Virus record (IMG/VR): IMGVR_UViG_3300033076_000893
Coordinates: 1 to 37,451 of that record
DNA from: a virus
Taxonomy: Duplodnaviria; Caudoviricetes
DNA length: 37,451 nucleotides
Direction: 5' to 3' (one strand)
Shown piece after piece: positions 1-9,554 of the stretch. Position numbers and translations under genes: made by a program. How positions within the stretch are numbered: the stretch's first letter is position 1; each line of letters begins with the position of its first letter. The notes beneath the pieces were generated by a model, which worked only from the letters and a program-made list of their open reading frames with translations, made no database searches and had not been told where the DNA came from.

Positions 1-4
1 CCAA

Positions 5-26
5 GGCCCCGGCTTCGGCTGGGGCC
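5..26 (+). other. GC-rich UUCG hairpin, probably just after the absent major capsid gene
   Basis: GGCCCCGGC-TTCG-GCTGGGGCC; no U-tract. Confidence 0.5.
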
Positions 27-42
27 ATCCATTGGGGACACC

Positions 43-225
43 ATGGAACACCAAGAATTCCCGAAGCTGCTCTACAAGGGCGGCGACATCCATGCCGAGT
101 ACGTGATCGTTCACGACGAAGCCCAAGAAGATGCTGCAGAAGGCTTTGAGGTCGCCGACCTTGACACTGACAAGCCTGTAGCCGACGCTCCCAAGAAGCG
201 CGGTCGTCCTGCCAAGGTTCAGTGA
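43..225 (+). CDS. Small head-region protein with basic KKRGRPAK tail
   Basis: GGGGA RBS; stop overlaps next gene; typical post-capsid position. Confidence 0.7.
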   Translation: MEHQEFPKLLYKGGDIHAEYVIVHDEAQEDAAEGFEVADLDTDKPVADAPKKRGRPAKVQ

Positions 226-932
226 TGGCAACGGCGCTCGACAGCATCAAGCGCGCCATGCGTCTGATCGGCGTTCTCTCCATTGGTGAGACGCCTTCCG
301 ACGACGAATCGGCGGATGGCTTGACCGCGCTTAATGCCATGCTTGATTCGTTCGCCAACGACAAGCAAGTGATCTATGCGCCGTCGTTGGATGTCATCGC
401 CTGGGCTCCTTCGACTTCGAGCTACACAGTTGGACCGACCGGAACCGTCGCCACGGTGCGTCCGGTCTCTCTGCTGACCAGTTGCTATTTCGATTGGGGC
501 GGCGTGAGCTACCCGCTCGAACCAATCTCTGTCGATGAGTACAACGAGATCTCGCTGAAGGGCCTGAACACCACGATTCCGCAATACATCTGGTGCAACC
601 CCACGTTCCCGGACAGCACGATCACCCTGTGGCCCACGCCGAGCACGGCAATCTCGGTCAAGTTGTGGTCTACGAAGGTTCTCCAGTCGATCCCGACTCT
701 GACGACCGACCTCCCATTGCCTCCTGGGTATCAGGATTTCATTGATTTCAACCTGGCCGAACGCCTCGCGCCTGAGTACGAGCGGCAAGTGCCGATGGCT
801 GTTGCAAGACAAGCGATGTTGACTCGAAAAACGCTGGCGAGGGCTAATTATGTCTCGCAGCAGATGTCTTATCCCGCCGCGAGCCTGCCGCACAACGGCC
901 AATTCAACATCTACTCGGGCCAGCCGCTGTGA
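222..932 (+). CDS. Head-to-tail adaptor, P22 gp4-like
   Basis: ALDSIKRAMRLIGV...LNAMLD and NLAERLAPEY motifs; lies before gp10-like gene. Confidence 0.75.
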   Translation: MMATALDSIKRAMRLIGVLSIGETPSDDESADGLTALNAMLDSFANDKQVIYAPSLDVIAWAPSTSSYTVGPTGTVATVRPVSLLTSCYFDWGGVSYPLEPISVDEYNEISLKGLNTTIPQYIWCNPTFPDSTITLWPTPSTAISVKLWSTKVLQSIPTLTTDLPLPPGYQDFIDFNLAERLAPEYERQVPMAVARQAMLTRKTLARANYVSQQMSYPAASLPHNGQFNIYSGQPL

Positions 933-2557
933 ACCTGCGCCCGATTCCCTTGTTTGGCATTGGCAACCAAGCCAAGTCGGTCAATGTCAACGATCAAGAG
1001 CGTCTGAACCTCTACGTCGAGGTGAATGAAGACCCCGAAAAGCACGTACTGACCATGTACGGCACGCCGGGACTCTTGGCTTTTGTGAACTTCGGCGCGT
1101 TTCCTTCACGTGGCTGGTATCAGCTCGGCAATTTCAATTACATCGTCAACCGCGACAAGTTCTATCGCGTTGCGAACGATGGCAGTTACACGCAAGTCGG
1201 CACGCTGAACACCGATTCTGGTCGCGTTGACATCTCCGATAACGGCGTGCAGATCATGGTTGTGGACGGACCGAATGGGTACATCTACGGCGTGGACTTG
1301 ACGCCAAAGACCATCTCGACAATCACCAGAGTGGGGACAACGGCAACGCTCACCACTGCCGAGCCGCATGTCTTGTCAACGGGGATGCAGATCACGGTCT
1401 CAGGAGCGTCCCCCGCTCAGTACAACGGCACGTTCACGATCACGGCAACCGGTGCCAGCACGTTGACCTATGTGATGGCGAGTGATCCTGGCTCGTCTGC
1501 CTCTCCGGTTGGCTCCTACGTCATCGCATCAGCCTTTGCGCAGATCTCGGATGCAGATTTCCCCGGTGCGGATACCGTCACCTTCCTAAATCAGCGATTC
1601 ATCATCACAGAGCCCAACTCGGGCAAGTTCTGGTGTTCTCAGTTGATCGATGGCTCATCTTTTGATGGGCTTGACTTCGCAACTGCTGAATTCGCGCCTG
1701 ACAACCTTGTGAGGTGCATGGCCGACTCGGGCCAGTTGTACCTCTACGGAACGACCACGACAGAGATTTGGGGCGACTCTGGAGCTGCTGACTTTCCGTA
1801 TGCAAAGGTCGGTGGTGGGGCTGTGGAATGGGGCCTTGAGGCTCGCTGGAGCTTGGCGAAGTACATGAACTCCATGGCCTTCCTGGGCAGAAACAGGCTG
1901 GGTCAGGTGCAGGTCTGCCTGATGGCCGGCGCTCAAGTCCAGCCGATCAGCAACCCTCAGGTTGAGGCCGAATTCACGACCTACGGCGACACGTCGAACG
2001 CGACGGGGTTTGCCTACATGGTCAATGGGCACCCGTTCTATCAGATCAATTTCCCCACCGTTGGGAAATCCTGGCTGTACGACGGCCAATCCCGTTCGTG
2101 GAGCCGGCTGGAGTCGTCCGGTGGTCTGCATCGCGTGCAGGGAGCGGTGCAGTTGCTCGGCACGATCTACGGCGCGGACTACCAAAACGGCAAGCTCTAC
2201 AAGATCGAGCCCGATGTCTACACCGACGACGGCCAACCCATCGCCAGGGAGTTTGTGAGCCGGCATCAATCGATCGGGGATTTCACGTTCATCCCTGAGT
2301 TGTGGCTTGAGATGGAGTCCGGCGTCGGCCTTCAATCGGGGCAGGGCTCAGATCCGCAAGTGATGATGCAAATCTCACGCGATGGCGGGCACACCTGGGG
2401 GAATGAACTCTGGCGTTCGTTTGGTCGGGTTGGTCAATACCTCTACCGCGCAGTGTGGAGACGTCTTGGACGGTCTCGAGATTGGGTCTTCAAGTTCCGC
2501 GTGACTGACCCCGTGAAAGTGGTGTTTGTCGCCGCCTGGGGAAGGGTGACGAAGTGA
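929..2557 (+). CDS. Tail hub / packaged DNA stabilization protein, P22 gp10-like
   Basis: ATAEFAPDNLV; C-terminal ISRDGGHTWGNE...WRRLGRSRDWVFKFRVTDPVK. Confidence 0.85.
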   Translation: MNLRPIPLFGIGNQAKSVNVNDQERLNLYVEVNEDPEKHVLTMYGTPGLLAFVNFGAFPSRGWYQLGNFNYIVNRDKFYRVANDGSYTQVGTLNTDSGRVDISDNGVQIMVVDGPNGYIYGVDLTPKTISTITRVGTTATLTTAEPHVLSTGMQITVSGASPAQYNGTFTITATGASTLTYVMASDPGSSASPVGSYVIASAFAQISDADFPGADTVTFLNQRFIITEPNSGKFWCSQLIDGSSFDGLDFATAEFAPDNLVRCMADSGQLYLYGTTTTEIWGDSGAADFPYAKVGGGAVEWGLEARWSLAKYMNSMAFLGRNRLGQVQVCLMAGAQVQPISNPQVEAEFTTYGDTSNATGFAYMVNGHPFYQINFPTVGKSWLYDGQSRSWSRLESSGGLHRVQGAVQLLGTIYGADYQNGKLYKIEPDVYTDDGQPIAREFVSRHQSIGDFTFIPELWLEMESGVGLQSGQGSDPQVMMQISRDGGHTWGNELWRSFGRVGQYLYRAVWRRLGRSRDWVFKFRVTDPVKVVFVAAWGRVTK

Positions 2558-2805
2558 GCTACGAACTCCCCTCCAATGATCCTCTGGTTGATGAGCGCCG
2601 CATGTCGTACCGGACATGGATGCAATGGCAGTCAACGACTCACAGCTATGTGCTGAGCATCCCTCAAAGCGGGGTGACGGCCAATCGCCCAGTTTCTGGC
2701 TTGTGGATCGGCAGGCAGTTCTACGACACCACGTTGAACAAGCCGGTCTATGTGTCTGCCGTGAACCCCACGGTCTGGCGCGATGCTGCGGGGGTGGTGG
2801 TTTGA
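2554..2805 (+). CDS. Small virion-associated protein
   Basis: GTGA overlap with upstream stop; GVTANRP...GRQFYDTTLNKPVY motif of the type seen in phage tail proteins. Confidence 0.65.
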   Translation: MSYELPSNDPLVDERRMSYRTWMQWQSTTHSYVLSIPQSGVTANRPVSGLWIGRQFYDTTLNKPVYVSAVNPTVWRDAAGVVV

Positions 2806-3281
2806 TCGCTTACAAGTTCGATCTGGCGACCGGGAAACCCGTCGTCACGATGCGCCAGAAGGTCGAGACGTTGGAGCGGTCCATGTACTCGATGCCGCAG
2901 GCTGAATGCCCTGTGCGGCACTACTTCGCCAACGGCATGTATGCGCGGGAAATCACGATCCCCAAGGGCGTGACGCTGGTTGGTGCGATTCACAAGACCG
3001 AGAACCTCGCCATCTTGTCCAAAGGCAAGTTGGAGCTTGTCACTGATGCGGGGACGGTGACGCTTGAAGCGCCTTGCACCGTCACGGTGAAGCCAGGAAC
3101 AAAGAACGCCGCCCTCGCACTGGAGGACGCGGTGTGGACGAACTTTCTCCCCAACCCTGACAACGAGACCGACACCGAAAAGCTGGTGGAGGTGTTCACG
3201 TATTCCAAAGCCTCCGAGCTTCTCGGGGGGAAAGACAACCCGCAATTGCTGGCCAACGCCAGCCTGGAGAGACTGACATGA
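2802..3281 (+). CDS. Cupin-like protein (probable TTG start at 2802)
   Basis: HYFANGMYAREITIPKGVTLVGAIHKTENL cupin-like pattern; TTGA overlap with upstream stop. Confidence 0.65.
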   Translation: MIAYKFDLATGKPVVTMRQKVETLERSMYSMPQAECPVRHYFANGMYAREITIPKGVTLVGAIHKTENLAILSKGKLELVTDAGTVTLEAPCTVTVKPGTKNAALALEDAVWTNFLPNPDNETDTEKLVEVFTYSKASELLGGKDNPQLLANASLERLT

Positions 3282-4261
3282 GCTTTGGAGCAGTAGCCGC
3301 CATCGGCGGAGCAGTGATCGCGGCTGACGCGGCAGGAAACGCAGCGGATGCCCAGAAGGACGCGGCGAACCAGACGAACGCCACGAACCGAGCTGTTTCC
3401 CGTCAGCAAATGGAGCTGCAAGAGCCGTTCCGTGAAGCTGGGGTGCTGGGCAACAACCGCCTGATGCATCTTCTAGGCCTTCAATCCGAAGGCGACACAG
3501 CAGCGCTCTCCAGTGCGTTTGACTCGATCTATCGCCAAGAGCGTGCGGCTGCAGATGCGGCCCACCGTGCATCTCGTGGTTTTGGTTTCGATGATGCGCC
3601 GGCCTGGGCACAGGCTGAGCTTTCGGCCTGGGATGAACAGATCCGAGCGGAGGCGAAAAAGCGCGCTCAACAGCAAGTCAAGGCCAACAGCGGCGGATCG
3701 ACGCCTACCGATGGTGACTACGGTTCTTTGTTGAAGAAGTTCGGCATGGAGGACTTCCAAGCCGACCCGGGCTATCAATTCCGCATGGATGAGGGCATGC
3801 GCGGTGTTGAAGGTTCCGCTGCTGCTCGCGGTGGTCTGTTGTCTGGCGCTGCTCAGAAGGCGATTCAGAAGTACGGCCAAGGTCTTGCTTCGCAGGAGTA
3901 CGGCAACGCCTACAGCCGGTTCGAGAACGACAAGACGAATACGCACAACAAGTTGCTAAGCCTCATACAGGCCGGCCAAGGTTCGGCCAATCAGATGACG
4001 AACACTGCAGGGCAGTTTGCTCAGAACAACGCCAGCGCACTTGGCGCTTATGGCAACGCTTCGGCGGCAGGGTCGATTGGAACTGCCAATGCATGGGGCA
4101 ACGGGCTCGGTCAAGCCGCCAACATCTACCAAGAAAACCAGCTCATCAAGCAGAACCAAGCCAACTTTGACCGACAGAACGAGCTGTATCGAATGATCAG
4201 AAATCCTGGGGCGGGCAGTGGCTCGTCTTGGTACACCGGCAATTCTGGAATGGCGGACTGA
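3278..4261 (+). CDS. DNA ejection/transfer protein, P22 gp7-like
   Basis: Ala/Gly-rich hydrophobic N-terminus; DPGYQFR...SAAARGGLLSGAAQKA motif. Confidence 0.75.
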   Translation: MSFGAVAAIGGAVIAADAAGNAADAQKDAANQTNATNRAVSRQQMELQEPFREAGVLGNNRLMHLLGLQSEGDTAALSSAFDSIYRQERAAADAAHRASRGFGFDDAPAWAQAELSAWDEQIRAEAKKRAQQQVKANSGGSTPTDGDYGSLLKKFGMEDFQADPGYQFRMDEGMRGVEGSAAARGGLLSGAAQKAIQKYGQGLASQEYGNAYSRFENDKTNTHNKLLSLIQAGQGSANQMTNTAGQFAQNNASALGAYGNASAAGSIGTANAWGNGLGQAANIYQENQLIKQNQANFDRQNELYRMIRNPGAGSGSSWYTGNSGMAD

Positions 4262-4262
4262 A

Positions 4263-5549
4263 ATGGCAACTCTCGACCCCTCGATCATTCTCCAGGCCCG
4301 TCAACCGCAGATCGAAAGCCCGGTGAACAACCTGGCAAAGCTGATGCAAGTCCAAGGCATGCAGCAGCAAAACCAGCTCGGTCAGATCAAGATGGACGAA
4401 TACCGAACGGCTGGTGAGCGTCGAAACAAACTCGCCGCACTGCTCCAAGGCCAGTACGACACGCCGGAAGCCATGGAAGACGCGGTGACTCGCGGCGGCT
4501 TCCTCGATGAGGCGGGACAGCTGCGCAAGAGCCGCATGGACGCCTCCAAAGCTAAGGCCGATGTGGGCAAAACGGGCGCAGAGACCGAGAAAATCCAGAT
4601 CGCCAACCAGCGTGAAAAGCTCGGCCTTGTGGGGCAGTTGCTCAACGGCGTGAAAGATCAGGCGTCGTATGACCAAGCCAGGATGATTGCCCAGCAAAAC
4701 GGCTTGGACGTGTCGAACATGCCGCCGCAGTACGACCCCGCACTGGTGTCTCAGAAGCTGCAACAAGCCCTCACCGTCGATCAACAACTTGCCCAGGTCT
4801 GGAAGCAGAAGGGCTATGACCTTGATGTGCGCACCCAGGCTGAACGCGAGCGCAGCAACAAGGCAAGCGAGGCCACGTCTCGCGGTCAATTGGGCGTGGC
4901 TCAGGCGAATGTGGGACTGCGCAAGCAGGAGCTTGAACTGAACAGAAGCGCGCCAAAAGGCCAGTTCATCCAGACCGATCAGGGCTACGTGCTCGCAGAT
5001 CCCCGAACCGGTCAAGTGCAGCCCGTTGTCGGCGCTGATGGTAAGCCGGTGCAGGGCAAGGCGGCGACGAAGAACCTCACCGAAGGGCAGGCCAAGGCGA
5101 ACATGTTCGGTTCTCGCATGGTCGAGTCGGATCGCATTCTTGGGGAGCTTGAAGGCAAATACAATCCGATGGCCGTGAATGCCAAGGTTGCTGCCGGTGA
5201 AACGCCGCTGATTGGCGGGGTCGCGGCTTGGGCTGGCAACAAGATGCTTTCTGACGCAGGCCAGATGGCAGAGCAGGCACAGCGAGATTTCATCAATGCC
5301 GTGCTGCGACGTGAGTCTGGCGCGGTGATCTCGGAGCCCGAATTCAAGAACGCCGCAAAGCAGTATTTCCCGCAACCCGGCGACAACCAGAAGGTTCTCG
5401 ATCAGAAGCGCCGCAACCGTCAGACGGCCATCAACGGCATGGCCGTCGAGGTGCCGGGGGGGCTCAAATCTGTCCCGTCTTTGACTGCACCGGGGGACTC
5501 GTCTGCTGGCGGTTCAAACATCGACGCACTTCTTGAGAAGTACAAATAA
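4263..5549 (+). CDS. DNA ejection protein (gp20-like position)
   Basis: Gln/Ala-rich helical ORF; ATG 4263 directly after previous stop; FINAVLRRESGAVI...YFPQPGD motif. Confidence 0.65.
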   Translation: MATLDPSIILQARQPQIESPVNNLAKLMQVQGMQQQNQLGQIKMDEYRTAGERRNKLAALLQGQYDTPEAMEDAVTRGGFLDEAGQLRKSRMDASKAKADVGKTGAETEKIQIANQREKLGLVGQLLNGVKDQASYDQARMIAQQNGLDVSNMPPQYDPALVSQKLQQALTVDQQLAQVWKQKGYDLDVRTQAERERSNKASEATSRGQLGVAQANVGLRKQELELNRSAPKGQFIQTDQGYVLADPRTGQVQPVVGADGKPVQGKAATKNLTEGQAKANMFGSRMVESDRILGELEGKYNPMAVNAKVAAGETPLIGGVAAWAGNKMLSDAGQMAEQAQRDFINAVLRRESGAVISEPEFKNAAKQYFPQPGDNQKVLDQKRRNRQTAINGMAVEVPGGLKSVPSLTAPGDSSAGGSNIDALLEKYK

Positions 5550-7156
5550 TGGCAACGCTCGAACAGCTTCAATCGGCATTGGTCAAGGCTGATGCGGCGG
5601 GGGACGCTGAAGCCGCGCGCGCATTTGCGGGAGAAATCCGCCGTATGCGGGGCGCAGCGAAAGCGCCTGAGCCGACCTATGACCCAACCGAGGGGATGAG
5701 CACCACTGAAAAGGTTCTAGCTGGCGTTGGCAAGGCCATGACTGACCTTGGTCGTGGTGCTGGTCAAATGGTCGGGCTGGTGAGTCGTGATGATGTGGCT
5801 GAAGCGAGGAAGCTTGATGCCCCGTTGATGAACACAAAAGCCGGAGCAGCTGGCAATTTCGCGGGCAACGTTGCTATGCTTGCGCCTACCTCGCTGATCC
5901 CAGGGGCAAACACCGTTGCCGGCGCTGGGGTAATTGGTGCGGCAACCGGCCTTCTTCAGCCATCTACCAGCACTTCGGAAACGTTGACCAATGTCGGTCT
6001 TGGCGGTGCAGGCGGTGCAGTTGGTCAAGCTGTTGCAAACAAGCTTCCTGGCATGGCCCAACAATGGAAGACAAACGCCGCCAACGAAGCCGCACAACAA
6101 GCCGCTGCGGCGTCCCAGAAGTTCGGTGCAGCGGCTAAGGGGAATCAACTAGGGTACGTGGTTCCTCCTGCTGACCTCAACCCGGGGATGTTCTCTGAAG
6201 CCATGTCTGGCTTGTCGGGCAAGATCAAAACCGCTCAGGTCGCCAGCCAACGAAACCAAGGCGTGACCGACAAGCTGGCTCGCAAGGCGCTTGGGCTGGC
6301 TGATGACGCGGTGCTTGATGCTGATGCGCTGCAGACTATCCGCCGACAAGCCGGTCAGGCCTATGACGCGGTGAAGCAGATCGGTCCCGTCAAGGCTGAC
6401 AAAGTGTTTCTCGATGCTCTTGACAACATCGCATCAACCCAGCAAGGCGCTGGGCGGTCGTTCCCCGGCCTGCAAAACAATGGCGTCGTTGACCTGGTTG
6501 CATCGCTGAAGCAACAGGCCTTCGATGCCGGGGACGCGGTAGATGCCACAAAGGTGCTGCGCGAGATTGCAGACAAGGCCTACCGTCAGGGCGACACGTC
6601 TTTGGGCAAAGCGGCCAAGGAAGCCAGCAACGCACTGGAAGGCGTGCTGGAGCGCAACTTGCAAGCCGCCGGCAACCCTGATGCACTGAAGTCCTTCCAA
6701 GAGGCCAGAAAGCTCATCGCCAAGACCTACAGCGTCCAAAAGGCATTGAACACAGAGACTGGATCTGTGTCTGCTCAAGCGCTGGCGAAGGAGCTCGGGA
6801 AGGGTAAGCCACTATCCGGTGAACTCAAGGACGTGGCGCAATTCGCCACTGCATTCCCCAAGGCGTCACAAGCGCTCAAGGAAGCCCCGAAAGCCATCAG
6901 CCCCTTGGATTGGGCGGTGTCCGTTGGCTCCACGGCTGCGACAGGGAACGTCTTGGCTCCGCTGATGGTGGGCGCGCGGCCTGCGGTTCGCAATGCTTTG
7001 CTATCGCCGTTGGTTCAACGGGCTGCGCTCAATCCGGGTTTTGCGCCGTCTGCCATGTCACAACTGGCACCGGCTGCGCTGGACAACCAGCTTTTGAAGC
7101 TGCTTGCCGCCCCGTCAGGGATTACGGGGGCTCTTGCGCTGCAAGGGCAACAGTAA
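5549..7156 (+). CDS. DNA ejection protein (gp16-like position)
   Basis: 535-aa Ala/Gly-rich ORF; TAATG coupling; third gene of ejection cluster. Confidence 0.6.
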   Translation: MATLEQLQSALVKADAAGDAEAARAFAGEIRRMRGAAKAPEPTYDPTEGMSTTEKVLAGVGKAMTDLGRGAGQMVGLVSRDDVAEARKLDAPLMNTKAGAAGNFAGNVAMLAPTSLIPGANTVAGAGVIGAATGLLQPSTSTSETLTNVGLGGAGGAVGQAVANKLPGMAQQWKTNAANEAAQQAAAASQKFGAAAKGNQLGYVVPPADLNPGMFSEAMSGLSGKIKTAQVASQRNQGVTDKLARKALGLADDAVLDADALQTIRRQAGQAYDAVKQIGPVKADKVFLDALDNIASTQQGAGRSFPGLQNNGVVDLVASLKQQAFDAGDAVDATKVLREIADKAYRQGDTSLGKAAKEASNALEGVLERNLQAAGNPDALKSFQEARKLIAKTYSVQKALNTETGSVSAQALAKELGKGKPLSGELKDVAQFATAFPKASQALKEAPKAISPLDWAVSVGSTAATGNVLAPLMVGARPAVRNALLSPLVQRAALNPGFAPSAMSQLAPAALDNQLLKLLAAPSGITGALALQGQQ

Positions 7157-7279
7157 GAAGCGCTTTACCTTTCCTTCTGGCACCCAGCGCTGGACGGCTA
7201 GGCGAGCCGGAAGACAGATCAAGCCAAAAAGGATCAGAGAACCAATCGGTTTGAAGATCAGAGCCAAAGCAAAACTCAT
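7115..7279 (-). CDS. 54-aa antisense hydrophobic protein (absent from ORF track)
   Basis: Manual translation MSFALALIFKPIGSLILFGLICLPARLAVQRWVPEGKVKRFLLLPLQRKSPRNP; TAGAAT 6 nt before ATG. Confidence 0.55.
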   Translation of the reverse strand: MSFALALIFKPIGSLILFGLICLPARLAVQRWVPEGKVKRFLLLPLQRKSPRNP

Positions 7280-7290
7280 CCCGAAATTCT

Positions 7291-7323
7291 AAGCCCCTCC
7301 GGCAACGGCGGGGCTTTTTCTTT
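7291..7323 (+). terminator. Rho-independent terminator
   Basis: AAGCCCCTCCG-GCAA-CGGCGGGGCTT followed by TTTCTTT. Confidence 0.75.
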
Positions 7324-7334
7324 GGATCCACGAA

Positions 7335-8786
7335 ATGCCCCAATATCTTTCTCCCATCGGGAATGACCAGTTCATCGACGCCAACGGAGACCCGCTCGTA
7401 GGCGGTCGGATCGAGACCTACCTAGCCGAATCGAGCACGCCCGCAGCGACGTACACCGACGACAGCGGGTCTACGCCGCAGTCGAACCCGATCTATCTTG
7501 ATTCGCTCGGTAAGCCCACCTTGGGGCCGATCTGGCTCACAGGCGGGGTGTCGTACAAGTTCATCATCAAGAACGCTGCAGGCTCGACGCTCTGGACGAT
7601 TGACAACATCGCCGGGGTGAACGATGCGACCTTGAGTCAGTCGGAATGGCTGGAATCTGGGTTCGTGCCGACCTACATCAACGCAACGTCGTTCAGTGTT
7701 GCAGGCGACCAGACCGGCACGCTTCAGATCAATCGCCGTCTTCGCACGACCAACACGTCGGGTTTCATCTACTCGACGATCACAAACTCGGTGTTTGCTG
7801 CGGGCATTACGACGGTGACGCTGGTGAACTCGGCGGGGGTTCTGGATGCCGGGTTGTCGGCGGTGGCTTATGGCTTGTTGTCTGCAACGAACTCTTCGAT
7901 CCCCATCATCCAAACTGCAGGTCTCGCCGACAAGTCGGTGACGTTCGCCAAGATTCAGGACATCGCGTCAGCCACCCTGGTTGGTCGGACCGCTTCCGGT
8001 TCTGGTGTTGCGGTTGATCTCACGCCGAGCCAGTTTTCCCCGCTGCTGACCAGCAAGATCCAGCCCATTGACGCCTCGGTCGCATCCAACGCCCTGACTG
8101 TCACGATCAACCCGACCACCACGGATTACCGCAGCGCAACACTTGGAAGCGGTGCGGTCTCCACCGTATCGAATGCCGCCGCAATCAGCTGTGTTGTTCC
8201 CAGCGGTGCCACGCTTGGCTCTACAAACGGCGTTCTGACTAGGATCGCGGTTCTTGAAATCAACAACGCGGGCACTAGCGAGGTCGCCGTTGTCAACCTT
8301 GCCGGCGGGGTGAACCTAGACGAACGCGGGGTGATCAGCACAACCGCTCTGAGCACTGGGTCTGACTCGGGGCAGGTCATTTACTCGACGACCGCACGCA
8401 CGAACGTGCCATACCGCATCGTCGGCTTCATCGAGTACACGCAGGCCACCGCAGGAACCTACGCGACGGCACCAAGCCTAGTGCATGGTTCGGCTGCTCC
8501 CCTGGCCATGTGGCTGGCTGGCTATGGGCAAACCCGCCAAGCGGTGACAGGCAGTCGGGCCATGGACACACCCTACACGAACACAACGGGGCGACCGATC
8601 CAGGTGACGGTGGCTGCACAAGCTGCTGCTGGTGTGGCGTGCGACTTCACGATTGACGGCACGGTGGTTTCTCGATTCAACATCGCCGGCGGCGTCATGA
8701 ACAGCACGCACAGCCAGGTTGTTCTACCCGGTGAGGTGTACCGGGCCAACAGCGGAACTCTGTTCGCATGGACGGAGACCCGCTGA
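7335..8786 (+). CDS. Tail fibre / receptor-binding protein with head-binding-type N-terminus
   Basis: QFIDANGDPLVGGRIETY...NPIYLDSLG N-terminus; Thr/Ser/Gly-rich body; YTNTTGRPIQV C-terminal domain. Confidence 0.8.
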   Translation: MPQYLSPIGNDQFIDANGDPLVGGRIETYLAESSTPAATYTDDSGSTPQSNPIYLDSLGKPTLGPIWLTGGVSYKFIIKNAAGSTLWTIDNIAGVNDATLSQSEWLESGFVPTYINATSFSVAGDQTGTLQINRRLRTTNTSGFIYSTITNSVFAAGITTVTLVNSAGVLDAGLSAVAYGLLSATNSSIPIIQTAGLADKSVTFAKIQDIASATLVGRTASGSGVAVDLTPSQFSPLLTSKIQPIDASVASNALTVTINPTTTDYRSATLGSGAVSTVSNAAAISCVVPSGATLGSTNGVLTRIAVLEINNAGTSEVAVVNLAGGVNLDERGVISTTALSTGSDSGQVIYSTTARTNVPYRIVGFIEYTQATAGTYATAPSLVHGSAAPLAMWLAGYGQTRQAVTGSRAMDTPYTNTTGRPIQVTVAAQAAAGVACDFTIDGTVVSRFNIAGGVMNSTHSQVVLPGEVYRANSGTLFAWTETR

Positions 8787-8827
8787 TGAGCGAATCGAAC
8801 TTCACCAACCATATCTGACGCGCAGCC

Positions 8828-9058
8828 ATGGCCATCAAGCAAGAAACCCACGACATCCTCATTGAAGCTGTGAAGGCAGCGCCAGGAATCACCATGTCCG
8901 CAATCACTTTGAACGGAGCGGTTGCGATTGCGACGATCGTTTTCATCGTGCTCCAAGTGGCCTATCTCATCCGCAAGTGGGTGAGAGAGGAAACGGAGTG
9001 GGGCTACCGGCTCAAGCGCTGGGCCGCTGAGAAATTCACCCAACCTGGAGACCTCTGA
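8828..9058 (+). CDS. Holin/antiholin-like membrane protein
   Basis: Hydrophobic AVAIATIVFIVLQVAYLI, charged C-terminus; start of lysis cassette. Confidence 0.6.
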   Translation: MAIKQETHDILIEAVKAAPGITMSAITLNGAVAIATIVFIVLQVAYLIRKWVREETEWGYRLKRWAAEKFTQPGDL

Positions 9059-9300
9059 TGAAACTCATCGAAAACGCAAAGCAGTGGTGGCGCATGCTGG
9101 TCATCCAAGTAGCCGCCGTGTGGGCCGCAGTCATCACCGTGTGGCCGCTTCTCACCGAGGCCCAGCGCAACGACATGCTGGCCATGCTGGGCATTCCGCC
9201 TGAGTGGTTGGGCGGGGTTACTGCAGCGGTGATGTTCCTCACGCTGGTGGCCGCGCGGATCAAAGCTCAGCCGGCGCTGCATCCGAAAGACGGCCAGTGA
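9058..9300 (+). CDS. Holin-like protein with two predicted TM segments
   Basis: MKLIENAKQWWRM N-terminus; two hydrophobic segments; upstream of endolysin. Confidence 0.65.
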   Translation: MKLIENAKQWWRMLVIQVAAVWAAVITVWPLLTEAQRNDMLAMLGIPPEWLGGVTAAVMFLTLVAARIKAQPALHPKDGQ

Positions 9301-9554
9301 CACGCGAAGACCAGATTCGGGAAGTCGAGATCGGCTTTCTGGAGCTGTTCCAACTTGCTGAAAACTCGTGGTCGAACATCGCTATCGCCGCAAAAGCACG
9401 CCTCGTGCATGAGTCGGTGACGAAGCTGTACCGACCAGTTCTCTCTGGCCGCAAGCGCCGTCCGATCAAGGTCGGCTTTCCGCTCGCGCCGCCACCTCCA
9501 CCACCCGAGCCATTCGAGCCCGTCCAAGTGGACGAACATACCCGATGGGGATGA
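9297..9554 (+). CDS. Hypothetical 85-aa protein with Pro-rich tail inside lysis cassette
   Basis: GTGA and ATGA overlaps at both ends. Confidence 0.5.
   Translation: MTREDQIREVEIGFLELFQLAENSWSNIAIAAKARLVHESVTKLYRPVLSGRKRRPIKVGFPLAPPPPPPEPFEPVQVDEHTRWG

Noticed and set aside
7122-7343. 73-aa minus-strand ORF from the track
   Set aside because: It runs through the terminator and overlaps the tail fibre start; the 54-aa frame at 7115-7279 is more plausible.
7335-8786. Diversity-generating retroelement targeting the tail fibre
   Set aside because: No RT, and I saw no adenine-variant template repeat.
8783-9080. Hammerhead-like CTGATGA motifs at 8783 and 9055
   Set aside because: No stem II with GAAA in the proper arrangement; both coincide with stop/start codons.
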